64,000 nt of DNA, from positions 137,206,001 to 137,270,000 of the forward strand of contig OX597818.1 of the NCBI GenBank assembly GCA_951406725.2, in the 5' to 3' direction. Positions 1 through 14,019 of the stretch are shown here, one piece after another. Under the pieces are notes generated by a model, which had not been told where the DNA came from, made no database searches, and was given only the letters and a program-made list of their open reading frames with translations. Both the position numbers and the translations under genes were made by a program. The stretch's first letter is position 1. Each line of letters starts with the position of its first letter. The DNA comes from Octopus vulgaris. Taxonomy: Eukaryota.

Positions 1-45
1 TAATAATAATAATAATAATAATAATGATAATAATAATAATAATAA

Positions 46-493
46 GCATCCATGAGCATCCCCTGTGATCATAATATCTCAGCGAAAGAGTTTGACAAGC
101 TCAGAAAATATAAAGACCTACTCATTGAAATTGAGAAAATGTGGCATCTCAAGGCGGTTACAATACCAGTGATCGTAGGAGCACTAGGAATGATCAAGAA
201 GGGAACCGAAAATTATATGAGAATGATCCCTGGCTTACCATCCCTGCAAGAAGTGCAAAAGATTGTCTTAACTGGTACATCACACGTATTGAGAAGAGCA
301 TTGTCGATGTGAGAACTGTTGCTGCTCATGTATTTTAACTTAACTTTAAAAAAAAAAAAAAAAAAAAAAAATGAACGAACTACTGAGTTTGGTTTAATGG
401 CCTACCAATATACACTATGAGTTTCTTTGCCCTAGGAGTCGGGAAGACACTCGGCAAGAAATGGAAGAAAATTTGAAAGAAGAAAAAAAAAAA

Positions 494-494
<1 letters not shown>
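46..494 (+). mobile_element. 3' fragment of RLE-type (R4/Dong-like) non-LTR retrotransposon, family 1 (ORF end 52-312 plus 3'UTR), embedded in (TAA)n
   Basis: ORF ...DHNISAKEFDKLRKYKDLLIEIEKMW...IPVIVGALG...LQEVQKIVLTGTSHVLRRALS is a typical RLE C-terminus; flanked on both sides by (TAA)n. Confidence 0.85.
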
Positions 495-1518
<1,024 letters not shown>

Positions 1519-1648
1519 CATCCTTTCTACTATAGGCACAGGGCCTGAAATTTTGGAGGAGGGATTTAATTGATATTTTACCCTTTATTTTCTTTGTTTA
1601 CTTATTCTTTTTTCTCTTTTTCTTTTTCTCTTTCACACGACTTTTTAA

Positions 1649-1761
1649 ATGAACAATCTGGTGTGTTTATTTAAATGGCCTACCAATGTTTGCAGTGCGT
1701 TTCTCTGCACTAGGTGCCAAGAAGACACTCGGCGAGAATTGGAAACAACATTGAAAGAAGA
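1649..1761 (+). mobile_element. Diverged second copy of the family-1 RLE 3'UTR
   Basis: atgaac...aatggcctaccaat...gaagacactcggc..gaa..tggaa...ttgaaagaaga aligns with 371-484. Confidence 0.7.
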
Positions 1762-2381
1762 CCCACTTGGTAAGTGGATGTGAGAGCCTTGCACAAAAAG
1801 AATACAAGCGCAGACACGATAAAGTGTGTGTGTGTGTGTGTATCTTCATTGGCTCTTACGTCGTAAATACCAATATGAAGTAACAGAGAACTGGTATGAG
1901 CATGTACCAAGTAAAGTTATGCAGGAGGATGGAAAAGTAACGGTACTCTGGGACTATGATTTTCAGACGGATCGTGTAATCGAACACCGTCGGCCGGATA
2001 TTGTGATATTGAATAAGAGAGACAAATATTGTCAGATCATTGATGTAGCCATACTAAATGACATGAATGTTGTGAGTAAAGAGGTTGAAAAATCACCAAG
2101 TACTCTGAATTGAATGTGGAAATGGCAAGACTGTATGGAATGCGAGAGGGTAATGTAAAAGTGATACCAGTGGTGATCGGAGCGTTGGGCTCAATCTCAT
2201 TGAAACTTCAAAACTTCTTAAGGTAACTGGAAATCCCATGCAAGATTGATGTCTTGCAAAAAGCAGTCTTAAGATTGGGCACAGCGCACATCTTAAGGAA
2301 AGTATTATCTGTCTGAGGTCCTTGTTGTGACTTGACAGATGATTAAAGACTCCGGTGCATTTTTACCTACACTGTGTTACG

Positions 2382-2384
<3 letters not shown>
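1762..2384 (+). mobile_element. 3' fragment of R4/Dong-like retrotransposon, family 2 (zinc-knuckle end plus PD-D RLE), frameshifted
   Basis: HLVSGCESLAQKEYKRRHDKV, WYEHVP, HRRPDIVI...IIDVAI...KEVEK, VIPVVIGALG, GTAHILRKVLSV*. Confidence 0.9.
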
Positions 2385-2451
<67 letters not shown>

Positions 2452-2477
2452 GTTAATAATAATAATAATAATGATAA
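2385..2477. repeat. (ATT)n immediately followed by (AAT)n
   Basis: Directly visible inverted junction. Confidence 0.95.
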
Positions 2478-3236
2478 GACGACGGAAGAATTTTTAATTG
2501 CAGCACAAGATCAAAGCCTTCACACCAGAAACTACCAAAACACACAGTGAAAATAAATATAAGTAACTGTAGAATATATGGTGATGGAGAAGAAACAACA
2601 AATCATATCGTCTCTGGTTGCTCAGCCCTGGCTAAGAAAGAATATATTCGCAGATATGACTGAGTTGGGACCTGTATACACTGGAAGCTGTGGAATGACA
2701 ATAGAAAAAGATGGTATAGGCACACCCCAAAGAAGGTCACACAAAATGAGAAATCAACCGTATTCTGTGATATGCCAATGCACACATACAAAGAAATCAA
2801 GGCTAATAGGCCGGATATGGTTGTCAGAGACAACCAAGAAATCTGTGCTTTCTAATCGATGTATCAATAAAAACAGATGACAACGTTTCTCTAAAAGAAA
2901 CGGAGAAACTTTCAAAATACAAAGATCTGGAAAGAGAGGTAACTCGAATGTGGAGTAAAAAAAAAACAAAAAAAAACAGAAACAATTCCTATTATAGTAG
3001 GCGCATTAGGTATGATAAAAAAAATCAGACAAGTACATAACAAAACCATCAGGACTTACAAGTATATATAACATAGAGAAAATAGTACTACTGATCACCG
3101 CAACACTTCCTATGTAAAACACTTTTGATACAATGAAAATACGAGCACCACACCAAACCATCACATACCCAAGGCACACAGAATTGTACTCGGTAGTGCA
3201 GTGAAAGCACGTGATAAAAGTAAGAATACTGAATAA
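2478..3236 (+). mobile_element. 3' fragment of R4/Dong-like retrotransposon, family 3, multiply frameshifted
   Basis: EEFLIAAQDQSLHTRNY, CRIYGDGEETTNHIVSGCSALAKKEYIRRYD, ANRPDMVV, KETEKLSKYKDLERE, IPIIVGALG. Confidence 0.88.
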
Positions 3237-3282
3237 CTACAGAATTTTAATCTCTTTCAACAATTTATTATTATTAAATAAT

Positions 3283-3490
3283 AAATGGCTAAAAGAGATT
3301 GAAATAGAATGCCCGGAAGAGTACCTACAAAAAGTTTGTCTTTTAGGGACAGCAAGGATTATTAGGAGAGCTCTAGGCACTTGAAACACTGCTGAACACT
3401 TGTGGATACCTAAGGTTACCGGTAGTAACCTGTTAACCACATAATTCCTATCAGGAATAAGACATAACGTGCGCCAAACCAAAATAATAA
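3283..3490 (+). mobile_element. Short 3' fragment of R4/Dong-like retrotransposon, family 4
   Basis: KWLKEIEIECPEEYLQKVCLLGTARIIRRALGT* followed by a 3'UTR ending aataataa. Confidence 0.75.
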
Positions 3491-3504
3491 GGTCAGTAAT
3501 TTCG

Positions 3505-3675
3505 TCGGGTAGGTTAAGTCGATTACGTCGACCCAGTGCGCAAGTGGTACACATTTCATCTATCCCAAAAGAATGAAAGGTAAAGTCGACCTCGGCCGAA
3601 TTTGAACTCAGAATATATGAAATGTCGCTAAGCATTTTGGCCGGCGTGCTAACGATTTTACCTGTTCGCCGCCTT
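3505..3675 (-). mobile_element. SINE family C, diverged copy
   Basis: Reverse-complement match to 49797-50026 (gtcgacctcggc.gaatttgaactcagaa). Confidence 0.8.
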
Positions 3676-3739
3676 AATAGCAAAGGTAATAATGACAAAA
3701 AATAGAAACGTTACTTTATATTTCACTTTACCATCTAAT

Positions 3740-3995
3740 TCTTTCAGTCTTTTAACTGCGGTCATGCTGGGGCACCGCCTTGATGAGTATAGTCGAAAAA
3801 TCGTTCCCAGCCTTCTACTTACTCTAGCGGTCTATTTCGACGAAACATTAAGTTATGCGGACGTAAACAAACCAACACCTGTTATCAAGTGGCTATAGGG
3901 TACAAACAAAAGCACAAAAAAACTCCACACAGCAATATACATGTATATTATACGACGGGCTTCTTTTAATTTCCGTCTACCAAACCCACTCACAC
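3740..3995 (-). mobile_element. SINE family B, diverged partial copy
   Basis: actgcggtcatgctggggcaccgcct ... tacgacgggcttct...ttccgtctaccaaacccactcac. Confidence 0.8.
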
Positions 3996-4451
3996 GGATA
4001 CACTATTTCGATTTATTTTCACACTTAGCATATTATCTAGGACTTCATAATCAAAGTTTCCTACCATTTTTGCATTTTAAAGACGTTGAAGAATTTTGAT
4101 TTGAAGTTGATTTGACCGATATTTGTAGCCAGTTGTGGAACCACGTTTAAGACCGCTTCTTTTGTTATTTTGTTATGTTTCTGTGTTCTTTGTTCAAACA
4201 GCAACAACAACAAAATTCATTTAGGAATTAACAATGAGGAATATGAAGACTTCATTAAGATCCTACCGAAAATAACCAATCGAAAATGGACCGTATATAA
4301 AATTCTTTTCTTCTTACCTCAATTTAGAAGTTGTCAAATGGCAAGTGTTACTAAGGAGGAGAATGTTGACGTCATGACGTAAAAGTGTTCTGTGATGTCA
4401 TATAAACAAAAACAAACAATATTTTCCCTCAATTCGTTGGAAAAAATTATA

Positions 4452-4869
4452 GGCGCAGGAGTGGCTGTGTGGTAAGTAGCTTGCTAACCAACCACATGGT
4501 CCCGGGTTCAGTCCCACTGCGTGGCATCTTGGGCAAGTGTCTTCTGCTATAGCCCCGGGACGACCAATGCCTTGTGAGTGGATTTGGTAGACAGAAACTG
4601 AAAGAAGCCTGTCGTATATATGTATATATATATGTGTGTGTGTCTGTGTGTGTGTTTGTGTGTCTGTGTTTGTTCCCCTAGCATTGCTTGACAACCGATG
4701 CTGGTGTGTTTACGTTCCCGTCACTTAGCGGTTCGGCAAAAAGAGACCGATAGAATAAGTACTGGGCTTACAAAAAAAATAAGTCCTGGGGTCGAGTTGC
4801 TCGACTAAAGGCGGTGCTCCAGCATGGCCGCAGTCAAATGACTGAAACAAGAGAAAAAGAGAAAGAGAG
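4452..4869 (+). mobile_element. SINE family B, full length (tRNA-like head, CORE-like ttgggcaagt, internal (TG)n)
   Basis: A box tggctgtgtggtaa, B box gggttcagtccc; more than 10 copies in the window. Confidence 0.92.
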
Positions 4870-5116
4870 TTGATCTGTTAATGTTTTAACATATACAATA
4901 CTTTGATCAATATCTTATAGACTCATGAATTTAGAGTTTGCATGGGCATTTGGAGAAAATGCATTAATAAAATGAAATTCCGAATGAAATCAATCAACGG
5001 AACACATAAAATATTCATTCACTTTAAAGTGTGTATTGCTTGGAAATATTTATTTTGTACATTGATAACATAGTTGAATGCTATTATACCAAATTTAAAT
5101 TCCAGCTCGTTAACAT

Positions 5117-5297
5117 ACGGCGAGCTGGCAGAATAGATTGGTACGTCAGGCAAATTGCTTGGAGGCATTTCGTCCGTCTTTACTTTACCTTTCATCCTTT
5201 CGGGGCTGATAGAATAATTATCAGTTGAGTACTGGGGTCGATGTTATCAACTTACCCCCAGACCCGAAATTGCTGGCTTTATGCCAAAATGAAACCA
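5117..5297 (+). mobile_element. SINE family C, old copy with alternative tail
   Basis: ggcgagctggcagaa...cctttcatcctttcgggg...actggggtcgatgttatcaacttacccc. Confidence 0.75.
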
Positions 5298-5529
5298 GTA
5301 TTTTACACGTGTTTTTTATTTGTTTAGTTTTCGATTAAATTATAATAATGCTGTTGCTGCTACTGCTGATGTTGTTGATGATAATGATGATGATAATGGT
5401 TTCTATGATTTGTCTCCATGACGAAAGATGAGGAGGACGATACAAAGACAGACAAAGTATGTGTGGGGTAATGAGAGAAAAAATATATAGAAAGTATGCA
5501 CAGTATTCAATAAAACAAAGAAGGGTTAA

Positions 5530-5910
5530 CCTGCTTGACTAGGTTGGAGCATCTTTTATTTTAAGGGACGCATTCCAAGGGTCAGACAGTCAGTTTGCTA
5601 CCAGCACCCTATAAGTGGCGGTTAGGGATGCCGCGGCTTCTGATGCAGAGACACGTGCCCAGGTTGCGCCACCTGAAATGATTCCTGGACCATGAGCGTG
5701 TATGGATTAAGTTTGTGAGGCACATCTTTCTACAGCTCGTCTCCTTGACAGAGTTTCAGTCCAGACCGAGACCGGGCGTCTGACACCTAGAATATCGTCA
5801 GGTGGTCACAGTCCTCTACCAGTTGGGCAATGAGTTCCGTGGAAGTTCCACTTTAGCAGTATATAGAGGATTAGTGGCGGGGAATTTGCGACGACGTTCT
5901 TTTGCTATGG
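5530..5910 (+). mobile_element. Tx1/L1-clade LINE ORF2 fragment (post-RT region), degraded
   Basis: Manual translation IPRVRQSVCYQHPISGG(L)GMPRLLMQRHVPRLRHL across a frameshift; GGLGMP-type motif. Confidence 0.65.
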
Positions 5911-6033
5911 GAATGTAAGAATATTTGTCTTTCTAATAAATATGTGTGTTTTCTTTCTCGCAAATAGGTGATGCATGCTGTACATGTGTATGTTTGTGTG
6001 TGTATTTGTGTATGTGTATGTGTGATTGTGATT

Positions 6034-6103
<70 letters not shown>

Positions 6104-6344
6104 ACAATTTGCAGCAAAAGGCCTGATTCACCATTCTTGATAAACGTTTCAAAAATAAACGCATGATGTGCATCGGTTCAAACCATGATGGTAACTAGAA
6201 AACGATAAAACAGTAGAGCTACACAATGACTTTATTACCATGACAATATCTGTGTGAAACATCGGAGGTGTTTCTGTCGCTTGCGGCTGGGTACCTGGAG
6301 AGACAAGTTGATGTCGTTGTGAGGACGCTGAACTGGCCTGGAGA

Positions 6345-6553
6345 GACAAGTCGATGGCGTCGTAGGACGCTGAACAGACCGACCAGTTAAACTATTCGCG
6401 GTCAGGTTCGGTCCCAACCTTCAGGTGGATAATAATTTGGACTAGGTGACGAATTAGGTGACCAGACTTACCCAGGAGTGGACTGAGAGGAAGCTGTCTC
6501 TGAAATGTCAGGCAGGGTTGGTGAATACCTACATTGTCTCTGTTATCAGTAAT
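6345..6553 (+). mobile_element. Tx1/L1-clade LINE ORF2 fragment
   Basis: EWTERKLSLKCQAGLVNTYIVSVI resembles the W..R.LSLKGR motif after the L1/Tx1 RT domain. Confidence 0.65.
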
Positions 6554-7124
6554 CTATTTCTTTACTACCCACAAGGGGCTAAACACAGAGGGGACAAACA
6601 AGGACAGACAAATGGGTTAAGTCGATTATATCAACCCCAGTGCGTAACTGGTACTTAATTAATCGACCCCGAAAGGATGAAAGGCAAAGTCGACCTCGGC
6701 GGAATTTGAACTCAGTACGTAGCGGCAGACGAAATACCTATTTCTTTACTACCCACAAGGGGCTAAACACAGAAGGGACAAACGGATTAAGTCGATTACA
6801 TCGACCCCAGTGCGTAACTGCTACTTAATTTATCGACCCCGAAAGGATGAAAGGCAAAGTCGACCTCGGCGGAATTTGAACTCAGAACGTAGCGGCAGAC
6901 GAAATACCTATTTCTTTACTACCCACAAGGGGCTAAACACAGAAGGGACAAACGGATTAAGTCGATTACATCGACCCCAGTGCGTAACTGCTACTTAATT
7001 TATCGACCCCGAAAGGATGAAAGGCAAAGTCGACCTCGGCGGAATTTGAACTCAGAACGTAGCGGCAGACGAAATACTGCTAAGCATTTCGTCCGGCGTG
7101 CTAACGTCTCTGCCAGCTCGCCGC
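6554..7124 (-). mobile_element. SINE family C trimeric array with a 16-bp TSD
   Basis: One head plus three body-tail units; TSD ctctgttatcagtaat at 6538-6553 and 7125-7140. Confidence 0.93.
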
Positions 7125-7175
7125 CTCTGTTATCAGTAATTGCTCGACCGTTTGTATGAGGGTATGTGTGTAGTA

Positions 7176-7350
7176 TCTGGAGTCAGTGCATCTGTAGATT
7201 TGCATGTCTTGTTTTATGTATGTATTCTCGTGCATTTAGTTGCATGCTTAGACAGGTGCATATATACTTAAATGGTAAATGTCTGGAAAGTTTTAAAGAT
7301 TTTTACAGTTCTAGTAATGGCTTGGATCTAGAGCCTTCGAATTATCATAC
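7176..7350 (-). mobile_element. 3' end fragment of the (TACA)n-associated RLE element
   Basis: Reverse complement aligns with 63260-63390 (actagaactgtaaaaatc..taaaactttccaga...tgcaacta). Confidence 0.8.
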
Positions 7351-7354
7351 AAAT

Positions 7355-7356
<2 letters not shown>

Positions 7357-7386
<30 letters not shown>

Positions 7387-8044
7387 TGTATGTATGTATG
7401 TATGTATGTATGTATGTATGTATGCATGCATGTATGTATGTATGTAGGTATGTATGTATGTATGTTTCTATGTATATATGTATGTATGTATGTATGTATG
7501 CATGCATGCATGTATGTATGTATGTATGCATGCATGTATGTATGTATGTATGTATGTATGTGTGTATGTATGTATGTATGTATGTATGTATGTATGTATG
7601 TATGTATGCATGTATGCATGTATGTATGTATGTATGTATGTGTGTGTGTGTGTGTATGTGTGTGTATGTATGTATGTATGTATGTATGTTTCTATGCATG
7701 TATGTATGTATATATATATGTATGTATGGATGGATGGATGGATGGATGGATGGGTGTATGTATGTTTCTATGCATCTATGTATGTATGTATGTATGTATG
7801 TATGCATGTATGTATGTGTGTATGTATGTATGTATGTATGTATGTATGTATGTATGTATGTATGTATGTATGTATGTATGTATGCATGTATGTATGTATG
7901 TATGTATGTATGTATGTATGTATGTATGTATGTATGTATGTATGTATGTATGTATGTATGTATGTATGTATGTATGTATGTATGTATGTATGTATGTATG
8001 TATGTATGTATGTATGTATGTATGTATGCATGTATGTATGTATG

Positions 8045-8076
<32 letters not shown>

Positions 8077-8680
8077 TGTATGTATGTATGTATGTATGTA
8101 TGTATGTATGTTTCTATGCATGTATGTATGTATGTATGTATGTATGTATGTATGTATGCATGTATGTATGTATGTATGTATGTATGTATGTATGTATGTA
8201 TGTATGTATGTATGTATGTATGTATGCATGTATGTATGTATGTATGTATGTATGTATGTATGTATGTATGTATGCATGTATGTATGTATGTAGGTATGTA
8301 TGTATGTATGTTTCTATGCATGTATGTATGTATATATGTATGTATGTATGGATGGATGGATGGATGGATGGATGGATGGGTGTATGTATGTTTCTATGCA
8401 TCTATGTATGTATGTATGTATGTATGTATGTTTGTATGTATGTATGTATGTATGTTTCTATGCATGTATGTATGTATGTATGTTTCTATGTATGTATGTA
8501 TGTATGTATGTATGTATGTATGTATGTATGTATGTATGTATGTATGTATGTATGTATGTATGTATGTATGTATGTATGTATGTATGTATGTATGTATGTA
8601 TGTATGTATGTATGTATGTATGTATGTATGTATATGTATGTATGTATGCATGTATGTATGTACGTATGTATGTTTATGTA
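7357..8680. repeat. ~1.3 kb (TATG)n satellite with recurrent higher-order variant blocks
   Basis: Directly visible; the tttctatgcatg..(ggat)n gggtgtatg..catctatg block recurs at ~7690-7780 and ~8310-8405. Confidence 0.97.
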
Positions 8681-10271
8681 TGCATATAAAAGGCAGCAAA
8701 GTACAAAATAGCCTTCATAAGCATAATGCGTCTTGTCATGAAAGACAAGAGAGACAACTCTAACACTGGCTAAAATTTAAAAACTAAGATCAACATATTG
8801 TTTGGAGATGATCAGATCTTTGGTAAATGTGGTTTAAAATATGTTACCCTCTTATTAGACAGCCTCACAACTCATTGTATTACTGGTACTCATGGAAATA
8901 ACGATGATAGTATTCTATATTAATGGACACCGAATGGATTAAAGCACACTTGTCCAGAGTGTGGTTTGAACTCAGGAGCCATGTATGCATGCATGTATGT
9001 ATATATGTATATATGTTTGTATGTATGTATGTATTATGTATGTATGTATGTATGTATGTATGTATGTGTGTATGAATGTATTTATGTAAGTTTGTATGTA
9101 TGCATGCATGCATGTATGTATATATGTATATATGTTTGTATGTATTATGTATTATGTATGTATGTATGTATGTATGTATGTATGTATGTATTATGTATGT
9201 ATGCATGTATGTATGTATGTATGTATGTATGTATGTGTGTATGAATGTATTTATGTAAGTTTGTATGTATGCATGCATGTATGTATATATGTATGTATGT
9301 ATATGTGTGTGTGTATGTATCTGTCCGTCTGTCTGTCTTTTGTCGATCCGTCCGTCTGTCTGTCGTTCTTCTATCTATCAAGATACTAACTCATGTATTT
9401 TACGCTGATCAGTTCATTAGTTGATACCCGGCAATTTATGGACTGTAAAATGTTTTAATTGTTTTATGCCAATGCAAATTGCTTAAAACTTGTATGATTT
9501 ATTATGTTCTTTTTGTTCGATGCACGGAAGATATTTAATCGAGCATGGCGTAGCTATTATAAATGGCATCACGATACGATCGAAACAATTGTAATAGCAG
9601 TGTATGTGGCCGTGATTTAGTCCAGATAGTTCGGACACCAATCGACAATTTCTCCACGTCCAGCTCAGCTAGCCAATATCTCATACAATTTCCTCAATTT
9701 CGTTTTCTGTTTTATTACTTAATTCTAACCTCCGAAAGCATAATTAACCAAAGACGAATCGAACCATGATAAAAAAAAAAAGAAAAAGGAAAAAAAAAAA
9801 AAAAAGAAAAGACAGGAGGAATTTAAAAAAAAAATGAGGAAAAAGAAGAAGAAAAAAAAAGGAAAAGTAGAAAACGTTTACGTCAGCAAATAATATACGA
9901 ATGTTTCCGACATGTGAAATGTCCATTCTCTCATTTCGGAAATGACCGCTGGAAATTGTCACTTGGAACTCCTGCCTGACACAAAAACTACTTGGCGTTT
10001 GTCCTCTTCAGCGTCCACACAGCTCGCAAATAAAACTCGAAACCACATAATATAAACAGCCAATAAAAATTGCTCGAAAATGAGATTGGTGAAAGGTCAA
10101 CGCTATAACTGCAATTCCCTGTAAGTGAATATTTCGTAATTCGGTTTGTGGCACGAAATCCGGGTCTTTTCTTATTCCCTTCATTATATGGTTTCTGTGT
10201 GGACTTCAGCGTAACTGTCTGAATGTCTGTGCTTTATGCATGCTTGTATTACACACATCGTCATTACGTAT

Positions 10272-10306
<35 letters not shown>

Positions 10307-10474
10307 GTAGTTGCTTACTAGAGGTTTTCATTTATTCTATCGATGATGTACACACCCATATAACCATGCTTAACTAAGCATGTATGTATCCATATATATA
10401 TCTATATACGTATGTGTATGTGCGTGTGTGTATGATTACATACACACACACATATGTATCTCTATCTATCTAAA

Positions 10475-10540
<66 letters not shown>

Positions 10541-10583
10541 CACACACATTTAATATATATTTAATATATGTGTTTCTATATAC

Positions 10584-10615
<32 letters not shown>

Positions 10616-10764
10616 ACATACAATCATATACATAGATATATATATCCATAGGTATGTATTTATGCGTGTGTGTGTATGTATATATATATTTATATACACA
10701 CGCATATATACTTATATATAAAAGCGCGTACGCACACGCACACACATAGACACACACACTCGCT

Positions 10765-10796
<32 letters not shown>

Positions 10797-11260
10797 TTAA
10801 CGCGGTCGTTTACCGAAAAGTTCTACTTGATATGATACACATGTTTGCAGCCGACTATTTTCATGTCATGTCAGGCGGTTCCATCTGACGAAATTAACTT
10901 GTTTCCTGTAGGCTTTGGTACTACTATTATTTTGTACCTGTTGGCTACCACAAATGTTATAATCATTTAATCTTGTAATAATTATTTAATCTTGCATTTA
11001 ATAATTATTTAATCTTGCATTTAATAATTATTTAATCGTGTAATAGTTTCAGTCAATGGATAGTTGCCGTGCTTTTGCTACAGATCTTGTGTATGTCGAT
11101 CGCAGTGAATTCGGTACTTATTTCAATGTAGTGGTTCTTTTCTCGATTTGTATTAATCGCATGTGGTGGCTTTGCAACCACCGTTGCGCGCCGAGGAAAT
11201 AAACGAACACAAACACACATACATACACAAAAGTGTTTTGAAATTTTATTTGAACTTATA

Positions 11261-12240
11261 GGCATAGACGCTGCTGTGTGGCCAAGAAGGTCACATTGCA
11301 ACCTCGTCGTTTCGGGTTCAGTCCCACTGAGCGACACCTTGGGTAGATGTCTTCTACTAGAGTCCCGGGTCGACCAAAGCCTTGTGAATGAATTTGGTTG
11401 GCAGAAACTGTGTAGAAGCACTAAGGCGGCGAAGCTGACAAGAACGTTAGCATACCGGGCGAAATGCGTAGCTGTATTTCGTCTGCCGTTACGTTCTGAG
11501 TTCAAATCCCGCCGAGGTCGACTTTACCTTTCATCCTTTCGGGGTCGATTAAATAAGTACCAGTTACGCACTGGGATCAATATAATCGACTTAATCCGTT
11601 TGTCTGTCCTTGTTTGGCCCCTCTATGTTTAGCCCCTTGTGGGTAATAAAGAAATAGGTATTTCGTCTACTGCTACGTTCCGAGTTCAAATTCCGCCGAG
11701 GTCGACTTTGCCTTTCATCCTTTCGGGGTCGATTAAATAAGTACCAGGTAGGCACTGGGGTCGATGTAATCGACTTAAACCGTTTGTCTGTCCTTGTTTT
11801 TCCTCTCTGTGTTTAGCTCCTTGTGGGTAGTAAAGAAATAGGTATTTCGTCTACTGCTACGTTCTTAGTTCAAATGTCGCCGAGGTCGACTTTGCCTTTC
11901 ATCCTTTTGGGGTCGATTAAATAAGTACCAGTTATGCACTGGGGTCGATGTTTGTCTGTCCTTGTTTGTCCCCTCTGTGTGTAGCCCCTTGTGGGCAGTA
12001 AATAAATAAAAGACTGTGTGGAAGCACGTCTTATATGCACAAGTGTGTGTTTGTGTTTGTAGTTTACCCTCGCTTGCTAAGAAGTGTTCATTTCTTTATA
12101 TCCCTGTAGCTTAGTTATTTGGCAAAAGAATTAGATAGAATAAGTACCAGTCTTTAAAATAAATTTGTTCGTCTCAAATCCTTCAGGGCGATGTCCAAGC
12201 ATGGGTGAAGTCCAACGAATGAAACAGACAAAAGATAAGG
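11261..12240 (+). mobile_element. SINE family B copy interrupted by a SINE C array
   Basis: Head at 11261-11421 and tail at 12028-12240 separated by the insertion. Confidence 0.8.
11422..12012 (+). mobile_element. SINE family C trimeric array with a 15-bp TSD
   Basis: TSD actgtgt(a/g)gaagcac at 11407-11421 and 12013-12027; internal junctions aaagaaatag|gtatttcgtc. Confidence 0.92.
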
Positions 12241-12345
12241 TAAAAATTGCAACTAAGCAACTTGTTTAACTGCATAAATTCGGTGGTGAGATGCAAAAAG
12301 AGTATAACCTGCGAAGGTGAACTCTTTTTGACCGCGAAACAGAGT

Positions 12346-12736
12346 GGGGGGAAGCACTCCGTCGGTTACGACGACGAGGTTTCCGGTTGATCCGAATCAA
12401 CGGAACAACCTGCTCGTGAAATTAACGTGTAAGTGGCTGAGCACTCCACAGACACGTGTACCCTTAACGCTGTTCTCGGGGATATTCAGCGTGACACAGA
12501 GAGTGACAAGGCCGGCCCTTTGAAATACAAGGTACAACAGAAACAGGAAGTAAGAGTGAGAGAAAGTTGTGGTGAAAGAGTACAGCAGGGATCACCACCA
12601 TCCCCTGCCGGAGCCTCGTGGAGCTTTTAGGTGTTTTCGCTCAATAAACACTCACAACGCCCGGTCTGGGAATCGAAACCGCGGTCCTATGACCGCGAGT
12701 CCGCTGCCCTAACCACTGGGCCATTGCGCCTCCACT
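12346..12736 (-). mobile_element. SINE family A, full length
   Basis: tRNA-like head (A box tggcccagtggtt, B box ggtttcgattccc); TSD gaaacagagt at 12336-12345 and 12740-12749. Confidence 0.93.
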
Positions 12737-13070
12737 CGTGAAACAGAGTATTACTTGTAAGATTTGAATAAAATTAAGAATAATTTATATATTCTACATT
12801 TAAAATATATTAAACTTTTTACCCCCATTAATGTGCCATCCTTTTGATCCTTTGATCAGGATTATCACCCATACTCGGACGTACACAACACGCGTAATCT
12901 TTCTCTTTCTCTCATACGCATACGTACTGTATACAGGCACATACACACACGCGCGCGTGCACACATACCCACTCATACCCATACGTATGTGTTTGAGTAT
13001 TTATACGCTTAGGTTAGTTATTGTAGTCTGGGGTATAACAAACTTCTGATATGTAGGTATTAGGGGTTGC

Positions 13071-13461
13071 GTGGAGGCGCAATGGCCCAGTGGTTAGGGC
13101 AGCGGTCTCGCGGTCATAGGATCGCGGTTTCGATTCCCAGACCGGGCGTTGTGAGTGTTTATTGCGCGAAAACACCTAAAAAGCTCCACGAGGCTCCGGC
13201 AGGGGATGGTGGTGATCCCTGCTGTACTCTTTCACCACAACTTTCTCTCACTCTTACTTCCTGTTTCTGTTGTACCTGTATTTCAAAGGGCCGGCCTTGT
13301 CACTCTCTGTGTCACACTGAATATCCCCGAGAACTACGTTAAGGGTGCACGTGTCTGTGGAGTGCTCAGCCACTTACACGTTAATTTCACGAGCAGGCTG
13401 TTCCGTTGATTCGAATCAACCGGAACCCTCATCGTCGTAACCGACGGAGTGCTTCTATTCC
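13071..13461 (+). mobile_element. SINE family A, full length
   Basis: TSD attaggggttgc at 13059-13070 and 13462-13473. Confidence 0.94.
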
Positions 13462-14019
13462 ATTAGGGGTTGCACTACACTTGGTCGGATAATATATGTT
13501 TGGTTAAGTTAATGTAATTGAAAATATTATCAGACCCTTTATTTTTATTTAGATCAATGGAGTCTTCGCCCTTATTTAAGCAACAGGGTTGCTAACTCTG
13601 ACTCGATCCGTGAAGTAGTCCGCCGGGTATTGCTTGTATAAATAAGAAAGCTCAGCAGTAATGAGATAATTTGAGTTCAATTTCGCCAAGGTCAACTTTG
13701 CCTTTCATCCTTTCGGGGTCGATAAATTAAGTACCAGTGAAACACCGGGGTCGATTTAATCCATTTGTACCCTCCTCCAAAATTCCAGGCCTTGTGCCAA
13801 TAGTAGAAAGGATTAACATGATTATTAATGGCTTGAAAGGACACCGTATTTCGTTATGCAATCATACTATGCTACAAACTATATTAAACGCTTTGTTAGT
13901 CAATACTGTGTTTTACTGTGCTAGCAGTGTCATAAAGGTTATCCCTACAGATATATATAGTGATGATGAAGAAGCAAGAACACCTGAAATATGGCATGAA
14001 AAAAAACGTCGCCTTTTTC

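Noticed and set aside
6554-7124. Regularly repeated units resembling a CRISPR array or a retrozyme
   Set aside because: Units are whole SINE bodies with no unique spacers and there are no cas genes; no hammerhead core was found on either strand of the unit
13071-13150. tRNA gene
   Set aside because: A and B boxes continue into a SINE body with a TSD; the same holds for all SINE heads
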